Part shown: piece after piece, positions 17,512 to 26,235 of the stretch
How the letters are laid out: every line of letters begins with the position of its first letter
How positions within the stretch are numbered: position 1 is the first letter of the stretch
IMG/VR virus record: IMGVR_UViG_3300015214_000031
Location: 1-64,000 of that record
DNA from: a virus
Taxonomy: Duplodnaviria; Caudoviricetes
Length of the DNA: 64,000 nt
Direction: 5' to 3' (one strand)
Program-made: the position numbers and the translations under genes
Notes under the pieces: generated by a model
What the model saw: the letters and a program-made list of their open reading frames with translations, nothing else
Databases searched by the model: none
Told to the model about the DNA's origin: nothing

Positions 17512-18063
17512 GAAATTGAAAAAATATTTTCTGGTGCTTCTGGAAATGTTCAAGATACAAGTGGGGTAAGTCAGGGAATTCTTGCTCATTGGTTAACTTG
17601 GATGAACGAAACTGAAGGAAAAACGGATAGAATCATTGTAGTAACTGCTAACAGTCTCACTGGAATACCTCCTGAGTTTATTGGAAGATTCGATACTGTT
17701 TTCTTTGTTGGATTTCCCAATAACCAAGAAAAAAAGCAGATCATTGAAATTATGAATAAACGATATGGGAGTACACTACCCACAAACAATGAATTTGTAA
17801 ATAGCTTGGATAGATGGACCGGAAGAGAGATTGAAAGATTGGCTAGGGAATCTCTTTTTTATAAAATAGAGGATGCAATCAAATATATTCCTCTTGTAAA
17901 AAATACAAAAGAAAAAGAAATTAGAGAAATGGAGAAATTTGCTACTCAAGTAAGACATGCAAGTAAACCAGATGAAAAAAAGGAGGGAAAAAGGTCAATA
18001 TTAACTGATTCAGATAAAGAGAAATTCAAGCAAAAACTCAAGATTAAAAAGAAGGAGGATTAA
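17512..18063 (+). CDS. Ycf46/SpoVK-like AAA ATPase, exon 2 (spliced product 502 aa)
   Basis: EIEK completes Walker B; VVTAN sensor-1; PPEFIGRFD arginine finger; WTGREIE. Confidence 0.85.
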   Translation, partial: EIEKIFSGASGNVQDTSGVSQGILAHWLTWMNETEGKTDRIIVVTANSLTGIPPEFIGRFDTVFFVGFPNNQEKKQIIEIMNKRYGSTLPTNNEFVNSLDRWTGREIERLARESLFYKIEDAIKYIPLVKNTKEKEIREMEKFATQVRHASKPDEKKEGKRSILTDSDKEKFKQKLKIKKKED

Positions 18064-18064
18064 A

Positions 18065-18463
18065 ATGGGATTCACAGAATTTGTACCGCCGGAAAGATTT
18101 ACCACAGATCCAAAAGTTTTGATTTCAAAGCAGGGAAAAATAACTTTCAATTCTGCATCCGTAAAGAAATGGGATTTGGATAAATACAACTTTGTAAAAC
18201 TTTATTTTGATAAGGAAACAGGAAATCTTGGTTTCAAGTTTTATAAAGCAAACAAAGATGAAGGAGATAAAGGAATAGTTAATTTGAATAAAAGTAATGG
18301 TGTTTATGTATATTCTAAAACATTTCTAGATGCAGCAGGAATTAGTTACAATACAAGATCAGAAATGGATTTTGAATACGACAAGAAACATGATATGTTC
18401 ATTGCTAAAAGAGAACAGAAAAAGCAAAAGAAAATAAAAATCAAGCTAAAGAAGGGAGAATAA
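18065..18463 (+). CDS. Hypothetical beta-rich protein (possibly AbrB-like)
   Basis: ISKQGKITF resembles the AbrB start; GGAGG RBS. Confidence 0.55.
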   Translation: MGFTEFVPPERFTTDPKVLISKQGKITFNSASVKKWDLDKYNFVKLYFDKETGNLGFKFYKANKDEGDKGIVNLNKSNGVYVYSKTFLDAAGISYNTRSEMDFEYDKKHDMFIAKREQKKQKKIKIKLKKGE

Positions 18464-18467
18464 ATTA

Positions 18468-18893
18468 ATGTCCCATATAGTTGAAATGGATATTGAGATT
18501 AAAGATTTAGAGTGTTTGAAGACTGCTTGTGATGAGCTTGGATTTACCTTCATTGAAGGACAAACAGAATATAAGTGGTTCGGTCAGTGGGTGGGTGATT
18601 CTCCAATGCCTGATGGATTAACTGTTGAAGATTTAGGAAAATGTGACCATGCTATTCAAATACCGGGGTGTGATTATGAAGTTGGAGTGGTTAAAAAGAA
18701 AAAAGGAGTTTATACACTTCAATACGATTATTGGAACTCAGGAGGATTGGAAAAGAAAATAGGAACCAATGCAGGACCAATTAAACAAGAATATGCAGCA
18801 CAGGTAGCAATTAAAGAGGCAAAAAGAAAAGGATATTTAGTGAATAAAACAAAAGATAAAAACAAAATAAAAATAAGGATTACTGTGCCATAA
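18468..18893 (+). CDS. DUF1257 (Ycf35-like) protein
   Basis: MSH...I.IKDLECLK.AC.ELG, YEVG, Y.LQYDYW, IKQEYA. Confidence 0.8.
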   Translation: MSHIVEMDIEIKDLECLKTACDELGFTFIEGQTEYKWFGQWVGDSPMPDGLTVEDLGKCDHAIQIPGCDYEVGVVKKKKGVYTLQYDYWNSGGLEKKIGTNAGPIKQEYAAQVAIKEAKRKGYLVNKTKDKNKIKIRITVP

Positions 18894-19072
18894 TGACAAC
18901 CAAAGAAATCATAGAGGAACGAATTAATGAAACAAAGGACACGATCTCCAACTTTGAGAAACTAATGGAAAAATACCCAAATGATTTTGTATTTCAAGAA
19001 TTACTAAATAGATTAAAACAAACATTGATTCTTTTAGAAATGGAAAAGGAAAAGTATGACAAAAATAATTGA
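18893..19072 (+). CDS. Small helical protein, 59 aa
   Basis: Read manually; TAATG coupling. Confidence 0.5.
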   Translation: MTTKEIIEERINETKDTISNFEKLMEKYPNDFVFQELLNRLKQTLILLEMEKEKYDKNN

Positions 19073-19259
19073 TGTGATAATTGATGAAAATGGGGAAGTA
19101 AAAATTGAAACCGATGGATTTACTGGAAAATCATGTATTGAAGAAAGTCAATTCATAAAAGACGTAATGGGAGTAGAAAAAGCAAGGCATTTGAAACCTG
19201 TATATTTTTCTACTGAAAAAAATAAAACAAAAAAGAAACACCTTAATATTTGTGGGTAA
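19056..19259 (+). CDS. DUF2997 family protein
   Basis: I.V.IDENGEVKIET.GFTGKSC...LG.E....LKP.YF. Confidence 0.85.
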   Translation: MTKIIDVIIDENGEVKIETDGFTGKSCIEESQFIKDVMGVEKARHLKPVYFSTEKNKTKKKHLNICG

Positions 19260-19271
19260 GGAGTTTCAAAA

Positions 19272-20030
19272 ATGGTAGAATGGAAAGAGAGAAGAGTAGG
19301 GGATTTAGAGGGGATTACAAAACATGAAGTACCAATAGAAGAAAAAATTAAGGAGGAAACAGCTAAACAAGCAAGAATTGAAGAATTTGGTGTTCGTCAC
19401 TATATCCCTAAAAATGGGAAGGTTAAATATGAACCTACCAAAATAAGAAGTGGAAAACCAAGGAGGTTAAAATTGGATGAACAATTTGATTACATTGTAA
19501 GTAAAATAAATGATAAAGAAATTCAAAATGAATATGGAACATTTTTAACACAAGAAAAAAAGAAACTAGCAAAAATGTGGAGGTTATTTAAAACGCTTCC
19601 AGGTGAGTTTGTTGATTTTACAGCTATACCAGATGAAATCAATAAATCCAAAGCAGGGAAACAAAGATATTTAAAAATGCTCCAACAAGCAGAGTTAATA
19701 AAATCATACCCTACTGCATTAGGTGATATAGTCTATGCTAAGAATACTGAACTGAAAACAGATGAAGATATTGCTTACATCCTTATTTTGAACAACAAGC
19801 AAATAAAAGGATGGGGAATGAAAGGAGAAGATAAAATAATGAGTGAAGAAGAAAAGAAACCACAAAGTATCACAAAAGAAATTGCTGATGATCTTAGAAC
19901 ATATGATGAAGTTAAACAAAACTTTGATGTTTTTGATGAAATGAGAAAAGCATGGGAAGAAAGTAAAAATCAAAGAATAGGAATTTCCTTGAAGGATTTT
20001 ATCAGAATGTATGCTATACTAAAACTGTAG
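19272..20030 (+). CDS. Hypothetical protein, 252 aa
   Basis: AAGGAG RBS. Confidence 0.7.
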   Translation: MVEWKERRVGDLEGITKHEVPIEEKIKEETAKQARIEEFGVRHYIPKNGKVKYEPTKIRSGKPRRLKLDEQFDYIVSKINDKEIQNEYGTFLTQEKKKLAKMWRLFKTLPGEFVDFTAIPDEINKSKAGKQRYLKMLQQAELIKSYPTALGDIVYAKNTELKTDEDIAYILILNNKQIKGWGMKGEDKIMSEEEKKPQSITKEIADDLRTYDEVKQNFDVFDEMRKAWEESKNQRIGISLKDFIRMYAILKL

Positions 20031-20096
20031 CTAACTACTAACAGGGACTTGGGGGGATTCATTTCCCCCCTATAAAAAATGAAAGGAGAATAAGAA

Positions 20097-20978
20097 ATGT
20101 CATATGAAAATACATTTGAAAGTGCATGTTTGGTTGTCGTTACAATTAAAAATTGGAATGCATTTAAAAAGATCCCCAAAGAAAAGCTTTCCCAATTGGT
20201 AAAAAACAAAAAACTTTCTGAAAGAGTGAGAGGAACAAAAGAACTTGTTGACAGGAAGAAACTTGCTGATATCAATAGTGTAATCAATAAAACAAGAAAC
20301 ACGGTTAAAGCTTATTCACTTCCATTCCCAATTCCTACTGTTTTTCTTGTTCCAAAACAAAAGATTGAAAAACTTGCTGAAGAAATAAACGAATTTAAAG
20401 AAGCTTTGAATGATGCAGTAGATGATTTTGCAGAAGACTATGATAAATACATTACAGAAGCAGAAGAAACATTAGGAGAAGAACTTTTTAATGAAAATGA
20501 TTTCCCAAAGAATATTAAAGAAAGATTTCAAATTGAAGTAAGATTTATAGAAATGACTGTACCTGGAAAGTTGAAAAAGTTTTCTCCTGAAGTTTATAAA
20601 GAGGAAGAAAGAAAATACAAAGAGATGATGGAGCAAGCAAGGAAGGAAGCTGTTCTATTTCTAAGAGAAGGATTTGCAGAAATCCTGAATAAAATGATTG
20701 AAACATTAACAGGAAATGATGGTGAACCAAAAAAGATAAGATCTGATGCTGTTCAAAGAATTGATAAGTTCTTTGATGAATTCCTTTCAAAGAATATCTT
20801 TAAAGATGATGAACTTCAGAACATGATTAAACAGGCAAAAGAAGTGATGATGGGAGTTAATGCAAAAGATCTGAAAAACTCTGAAAAGCTCAGGCAGTAT
20901 GTCACCAAGAATATCGAAAAAGTCCAAGAAGAATTGGATAAATCTATAACTACCTACAAGCGTTCACTGTTGATTTAA
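20097..20978 (+). CDS. DUF3150-like protein ending YKRSLLI
   Basis: V..T...W...K, SLPFP..TVFLVP, F...YD, helical C-terminus; family call tentative. Confidence 0.5.
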   Translation: MSYENTFESACLVVVTIKNWNAFKKIPKEKLSQLVKNKKLSERVRGTKELVDRKKLADINSVINKTRNTVKAYSLPFPIPTVFLVPKQKIEKLAEEINEFKEALNDAVDDFAEDYDKYITEAEETLGEELFNENDFPKNIKERFQIEVRFIEMTVPGKLKKFSPEVYKEEERKYKEMMEQARKEAVLFLREGFAEILNKMIETLTGNDGEPKKIRSDAVQRIDKFFDEFLSKNIFKDDELQNMIKQAKEVMMGVNAKDLKNSEKLRQYVTKNIEKVQEELDKSITTYKRSLLI

Positions 20979-20982
20979 GGGG

Positions 20983-21011
20983 TTTACAACTCAATGAAAC
21001 TGATGTAAGAT
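20983..21011 (+). promoter_or_regulatory. Putative sigma70 promoter for the recombination operon
   Basis: TTTACA, 17 bp, TAAGAT. Confidence 0.5.
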
Positions 21012-21058
21012 AGACCTTCATTTCTTATGGGGGTCTATCTAAAAAGGATTTTTATATC

Positions 21059-21490
21059 ATGAAACCAAAACTAAAAATCAAGGATGACTATGATGATTTT
21101 GATCCTGATGAAGCATTGATTATTGACAAAAAGAACTTGGATGAAGAAAATAGATTTCAAGCAAAATTAATGGCTAAATATTCCAGAATATTTGGAAAAA
21201 AGGTAAAAGAAAGATACAATGCTGAATTGAATCTGGACATTGTTAAAGATCAATTAGGAGATGATGTAAAAAAGAATCCTAAAAAATGGGGAATAAAGAA
21301 AGGAGAAAGAATAACAGAAGCATTGATTTCAAGAGTTATTGTTCGGTCTGAGAGATATCAACAAGCACATAAACGATATGCTAAAGCCTATTCAGAATAT
21401 AAAGAATGGGAAGGGTTATTGAAAGCCTGTGAACAACGTGCTTGGTCTTTAAAGTCGTTAGAAAATCTTTGGGAGAAAAACTATTATTAA
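21059..21490 (+). CDS. uvsY: UvsY-like recombination mediator
   Basis: ID...LD.E...Q..L...Y, ITEA.I...I, L.A.EQR...L..L; upstream of SSB and RecA. Confidence 0.7.
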   Translation: MKPKLKIKDDYDDFDPDEALIIDKKNLDEENRFQAKLMAKYSRIFGKKVKERYNAELNLDIVKDQLGDDVKKNPKKWGIKKGERITEALISRVIVRSERYQQAHKRYAKAYSEYKEWEGLLKACEQRAWSLKSLENLWEKNYY

Positions 21491-21497
21491 TTAACAT

Positions 21498-21583
21498 GGG
21501 GGCATGGTGGAACTGGCATACACAACGGTTTTAAGCACCGTTGCCTTAGTGGATTGAGGGATCGATTCCCTCTGCCCCCACCA
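21498..21583 (+). tRNA. trnL: tRNA-Leu(UAA)
   Basis: Acceptor gggggca/tgccccc plus A and encoded CCA; anticodon arm acggt-ttTAAgc-accgt; long variable arm; T-arm gaggg-atcgatt-ccctc. Confidence 0.92.
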
Positions 21584-21601
21584 AAAAGAAAGGATAAGTT
21601 T

Positions 21602-22696
21602 ATGAAAATTAAAAAGAACAAAAAAAAGGATAAGAAAAGTAGTGATGATGTAAGGGGATCTTTTAAGAAACGAAAGAAAACCACACTTGAAAAAACTTAT
21701 GAGGAAAGAGAAAAGCAATCTTCTTCTAATGGAAATGGTTTGACTATTTTCAATGAAGAAAAAATGGAGGAGTATGGTATTGAAGAAATCAAATATACTA
21801 AAAAAGGTGAATATTTCTTCAATGCCTTGCCCATTTCAGATGATCCAGATGAACCTTATCATAAGGAAGTCCCTGTTCATTATGGGGTAGGAATTGATAA
21901 CGATCAATTCATCTGTATGAATCTTTATACAAAAGGTGAGGAAAAGTGTTATCGGTGCCTTACTCAAAAGAAAGGCTGGAAATCTTGGAATAGAAAAGAT
22001 GGATCGGTAAAAAAGCAATTGGTTTCAATGTATCCAAGTGATCGTTGCTTGTATCTTGTATGGGATGAATCGGCAAGAGCAAAAGGTGAAGAACCAGAAG
22101 AGAAGATTTATATCTGGAATGCACCAAAGAAGGGTGCTCATGCAAAGATTCAAAATAAAGTAAGAAATAAAAAGACCCAGGAAACTTTGGATATTTCCGA
22201 TGTATCAGATGATGAAGATTCCGAAGGCAGAACCATTTACATGAAAGTTGGAATAAAAGAAGTTGTTGATGAAAATACAAAAGTAAAAAGTGAATTTCCT
22301 CAATATGATGATTTTGAATTGCATGAAAGAGATGAACCAATTCCAAAGAAAGTTTTAAAACAGTTGCGTCAATTGATTGATGATGCATCAGAAGAAGGAA
22401 TGAATGCAATTGAGTTTCTACTTCGTTTCCCTGAACAAGATGAATTGGAAACAGCTATGTCCACAGAAGTTGCAGTAGATACAGAAAATGAAGACGAACC
22501 GGAAACCAAGGAAGATAAACGAAGAAATAAAAAGAAGATAACCGTTGAAGATGAATTAGAGGACCTTGACACTAAAAAAGAAATAAAACTTTGGGCAAAA
22601 AAGAAAAAGATTTGGGGTGATGTAGTTGATTGGTCAATGGATGTGGATGAAATGAAGGAAGCAATCGTTGAACATTTCAATGATGAAGATGATTAA
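21602..22696 (+). CDS. T4 gp32-like single-stranded DNA-binding protein
   Basis: LP......HY.......C........C..C zinc motif and acidic tail. Start revised because the track start lies inside the tRNA. Confidence 0.75.
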   Translation: MKIKKNKKKDKKSSDDVRGSFKKRKKTTLEKTYEEREKQSSSNGNGLTIFNEEKMEEYGIEEIKYTKKGEYFFNALPISDDPDEPYHKEVPVHYGVGIDNDQFICMNLYTKGEEKCYRCLTQKKGWKSWNRKDGSVKKQLVSMYPSDRCLYLVWDESARAKGEEPEEKIYIWNAPKKGAHAKIQNKVRNKKTQETLDISDVSDDEDSEGRTIYMKVGIKEVVDENTKVKSEFPQYDDFELHERDEPIPKKVLKQLRQLIDDASEEGMNAIEFLLRFPEQDELETAMSTEVAVDTENEDEPETKEDKRRNKKKITVEDELEDLDTKKEIKLWAKKKKIWGDVVDWSMDVDEMKEAIVEHFNDEDD

Positions 22697-22777
22697 TTAA
22701 TAAGGGGGGAGAAATCCCCCCATTAATGTAATGACAGAATGAAAATTGTTTTTAAAAATTTTTGCTGGAGCAATAAT

Positions 22778-23998
22778 ATGAAAATAAAGTTAAACAGTAA
22801 AAAAACAAAAACCCCTAGAGAAAAAGTATTAAAGAAAAGAGAACAAGAGGTTGATGAAGATGATTTTGATCTTGATGATGAAAATATAAACGATTTAAGA
22901 TTCATTTCATCGGTTAGCTACAACACAAATCTTGCTTTGACAGGAGATATAAACAAAGGGCACCCGATAGGTAGAATCATTATTGTTACAGGAGATTATT
23001 CAACAGGAAAAACAGAATACTATTTAGAAATCATAGCAAAGACAATGGCAGAATATCTTGCTAAAGGTAAAAAAATAAAAGTTGTAATTGACGATGCTGA
23101 ATATGCACTTGATGATGATTTTGCAAGAAAGTTAGGTGTTCCTAAGATTATTAAAAAAGAGCCAAAGAAAAAAATACCGGATAAATATGTTGAACTTAGA
23201 AACTCTGAGTTAATAGAAGACTTTCATGGAAGCATCTATGAAGTCATGGAGGATTATGAAGATTATGATCTAATTCTTTACTGCCTGGATAGTATTGATT
23301 CATTAAGTGATAGATCTGAAAAAGATCTAATTGAAAAAAATCTTAAAAAACTTAAAAAGAGAGAAGATGGAAATGATGACAACGTAGAAAAATTAAAACA
23401 AAGTTATGGTGCTCAATTTGCTAAATACATGAGTCAATTATTTAGAAATTTAAGAGCAGATATTAAAAATACAAATACTGTTCTAATTCTTATTGCACAA
23501 TTAAGAGAGGATCTAGGAAATAAAGGTTATCAAAAGAAAACAACAAGCAGAGGAGGAAAGGCACAACGCTTTTATGCTTCACAAATTATTGAACTACTTA
23601 GAGCAGGTAAACTTTATAAAACTCAAAAAGTAAAAAACACTTCTAAAATTCCATATGGAAGCACAGTTAAAGCTCTGGTCACTAAGAATAAAGTTTACCC
23701 TGAAGGAAGACATACTTATTATGATATTATTCTAAATCCAATAGTAGGGGTAGATAATGTAGGAAGTTTGATTGATTTCTGTACTACCTACAAGGGATTA
23801 GAAAAAAGTGGTAAGGGAAAAATAGAGTGGAATGGTAAATCATTTTCAAGGGATAAATTAAGAGAGGAAATAGGTAAAAATAAAAAGCAATATAAAAAAC
23901 TTTTAAAACTAGCTCAAGACACATGGAATGAAATTGAAGAAGAGGCAAAAATAGACATTAACCCAAAATGGAAATGGCTTGATAACATGGAGGAGTAG
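22778..23998 (+). CDS. uvsX: RecA/UvsX-like recombinase
   Basis: G.P.GRII...GDYSTGKT Walker A; DAEYALD; LDSIDSL; IAQLR; GGKA..FYAS. Confidence 0.9.
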   Translation: MKIKLNSKKTKTPREKVLKKREQEVDEDDFDLDDENINDLRFISSVSYNTNLALTGDINKGHPIGRIIIVTGDYSTGKTEYYLEIIAKTMAEYLAKGKKIKVVIDDAEYALDDDFARKLGVPKIIKKEPKKKIPDKYVELRNSELIEDFHGSIYEVMEDYEDYDLILYCLDSIDSLSDRSEKDLIEKNLKKLKKREDGNDDNVEKLKQSYGAQFAKYMSQLFRNLRADIKNTNTVLILIAQLREDLGNKGYQKKTTSRGGKAQRFYASQIIELLRAGKLYKTQKVKNTSKIPYGSTVKALVTKNKVYPEGRHTYYDIILNPIVGVDNVGSLIDFCTTYKGLEKSGKGKIEWNGKSFSRDKLREEIGKNKKQYKKLLKLAQDTWNEIEEEAKIDINPKWKWLDNMEE

Positions 23999-24000
23999 AC

Positions 24001-24303
24001 ATGAATACAAAAACATTTATAAGCATGATTATTTTTATTCTTTTTAGTTTAATTATGTCCATTGCAGCTATCTTCATAGCTCAAATGATTCTTCCACCAA
24101 AAGTACATGCAGAAGAAATAACAATTTATGATCCTCAAACTGGAAATATTATGAAAGGAGAAATTGATTGTGATGGAAAGGGAAGAGTATTCAATTCTGA
24201 TAGTGGTGATTTTATAGAAATTGAAATTAAAGACGATAATACTGCCATTATCCATGATATTCAAACAGACAGCTATTATGAATCAGATATTGGAGAAGAA
24301 TAA
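24001..24303 (+). CDS. Secreted or membrane-anchored hypothetical protein
   Basis: N-terminal hydrophobic helix ending VHA-EE. Confidence 0.65.
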   Translation: MNTKTFISMIIFILFSLIMSIAAIFIAQMILPPKVHAEEITIYDPQTGNIMKGEIDCDGKGRVFNSDSGDFIEIEIKDDNTAIIHDIQTDSYYESDIGEE

Positions 24304-24908
24304 TGGCAAAAGGAAAAGGATTTGAATGGGAAATTTGCAGAGCATTGTCCTATAACTGGACTCAAGGAACTATAAATGATGATGTGTTTTGTCCTACTGA
24401 TTCTTCAGGAGGGAGAGCAACCAAACGAAGAAAAAAAGGGAAGAAAACAGAATACAAATCAGCAGATATAGGACTTGCTCATCCCATAGGTGAACTCTTA
24501 ATAAAACACTGGTCAATGGAAGCTAAATCAGGATATGTAAAAAAAAGAAAAACAAAAATTGGTGTAACTAAAGATCAATGGAGCATTCTTGATTTTTTAG
24601 ATAGTAAACAGGAAAAGCCTATATTTGAAGAGTTTTGGGATCAGTGTTTGAATGATGCTGATATAACTCAAAGAGAACCAATTTTATTCTTTAGAAGAAA
24701 CAATAGAAAAGCTTGTACTGCAATATATAAATCTCTTTTTAATAGATTAAATAATTTTTTTGGAAAACCAAAAATGCAGTATCTAATTTTTTCTTCTGAA
24801 TTTGGAGACATTATAATCATGAACTTTAATGAATTTCTTGAATGGTGTCATGATTTGAAATCATTCATAGAATATTTGGAGAAAGGAAATGGGAAAGAAA
24901 AAATATAA
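24303..24908 (+). CDS. PD-(D/E)xK Holliday junction resolvase-like nuclease
   Basis: KG.GFE.EIC..LS, SGGRAT, ADI, EAKSGY. Confidence 0.7.
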   Translation: MAKGKGFEWEICRALSYNWTQGTINDDVFCPTDSSGGRATKRRKKGKKTEYKSADIGLAHPIGELLIKHWSMEAKSGYVKKRKTKIGVTKDQWSILDFLDSKQEKPIFEEFWDQCLNDADITQREPILFFRRNNRKACTAIYKSLFNRLNNFFGKPKMQYLIFSSEFGDIIIMNFNEFLEWCHDLKSFIEYLEKGNGKEKI

Positions 24909-25389
24909 ACTAATCCCTCATTCCAAAAAGAGGTTAAGGCAACCGGATAGGGTTCAAGCGCCTATCGCACCAAAAAGAATAACACAGGCCATGTTAAATA
25001 ATGAACTAACTACAGTAAAACGAATGACCAACACAAGATCACTTCTTTATGGTGAAATAGATGAAATTCCTGTAAAGATGATAGTCAGTAAAACAACAAA
25101 AACAATAAGAACTTTTTTACCTTTAAATTATCAATATAAATATATAAATATAATCGCATATCAAGGAAATGAATACAGGATAACAATTTATCCAGATTGT
25201 TACATGGAATGTTCTGATGCAACCAAAATGACTAAGATTGAAATACGAAGAAAAGAGGGATGGGATCTATGTTGTGTAAAAGAAAGTATATTCAAATATT
25301 TATTTGGAGAAGTATGGAGGAAGTACCAAGAAGAATTTCTTAAAAGGAATACAAACCATGAAACCTCCATTGAAAATAAAGCTGGATAA
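24889..25389 (+). CDS. Hypothetical protein
   Basis: GAAAGGA RBS. Confidence 0.6.
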   Translation: MGKKKYKLIPHSKKRLRQPDRVQAPIAPKRITQAMLNNELTTVKRMTNTRSLLYGEIDEIPVKMIVSKTTKTIRTFLPLNYQYKYINIIAYQGNEYRITIYPDCYMECSDATKMTKIEIRRKEGWDLCCVKESIFKYLFGEVWRKYQEEFLKRNTNHETSIENKAG

Positions 25390-25945
25390 AGAATTTAAAG
25401 GGAATGTTTGGGATCTTGTAGGTCTTGTTAATTTAATATGTATTCCTACTAATGGCTGGTATGACAAAAGACAAGTAACAAAACTGACAGAAAAAGTGTC
25501 CAGAGAAGCAGATAAGAAATTTCCAGGACTTAAAAAAGATATAGGATTTACAGTTTCAACCTTTGGAAACTTTGCTCATTTTATAAAAGTTATTTATCCA
25601 AAAAATTTAGTTTCACACAATATAGACCAATACACAAGACTTGCAATATTCCCTACAAGATCACAATATGTAAAATGTAATAAGAAAAAAATAAATATAA
25701 TTATTAGTAAAAGAGATGAATATGAAAAAGATGATCGTGTTCCTGGTTATTATGCAAGTCCTTCTTTAAAACTGATAGAGGAATCCAGTAAGTTTTTATT
25801 AGGACAAGTAGAATGTTTAAAATTAAAAAAAGTAGTCATAGTGAAACCTGAAGACATTGATTGGGAAGATGTAAAAGAAGTGTTTAAAGAAGTAGGGATA
25901 TATAATCATCCATCTTTCTATTTTATTAAACACAGGGGGGAGTGA
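25358..25945 (+). CDS. Degenerate macro-domain-like protein
   Basis: LICIPTNG, A.KKFPGL, IFPT, LKLIEES, IDWEDVK; the Gly-rich loops are missing. Confidence 0.45.
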   Translation: MKPPLKIKLDKEFKGNVWDLVGLVNLICIPTNGWYDKRQVTKLTEKVSREADKKFPGLKKDIGFTVSTFGNFAHFIKVIYPKNLVSHNIDQYTRLAIFPTRSQYVKCNKKKINIIISKRDEYEKDDRVPGYYASPSLKLIEESSKFLLGQVECLKLKKVVIVKPEDIDWEDVKEVFKEVGIYNHPSFYFIKHRGE

Positions 25946-26235
25946 TGAAGAATTTTTTAGAATCATTATTTGGATTTTTAGTTGGAGGTAGTACAATTTG
26001 TTTTTTAATATTTTTATTCAATACAAACAAAATTGGGTTAGCTCTTTTTATGTTTATTGTCGGTAGCATTTGTGGATTTAGTATTACAGGAATTATACTT
26101 TCAATAGCTATAAATAAAATGGAAAAGAAAGGAAAACTAATTTATGTACCTAAAAGCTTTAATGTTGAAAAATTTTCAGTGCCATATGAAAAAGTTGAAG
26201 ATCAAATTTGTAGGTCCAGGTATCAATATCATTAA
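25945..26235 (+). CDS. Membrane protein (2 TM)
   Basis: Two hydrophobic segments. Confidence 0.6.
   Translation: MKNFLESLFGFLVGGSTICFLIFLFNTNKIGLALFMFIVGSICGFSITGIILSIAINKMEKKGKLIYVPKSFNVEKFSVPYEKVEDQICRSRYQYH

Noticed and set aside
17509-18063. Independent 184-aa gene starting at ATG 17509
   Set aside because: The G of that ATG is the intron's terminal G; the sequence is exon 2 of the ATPase
21554-21601. N-terminal extension of the SSB ORF
   Set aside because: Overlaps the tRNA 3' half; ATG 21602 is the plausible start
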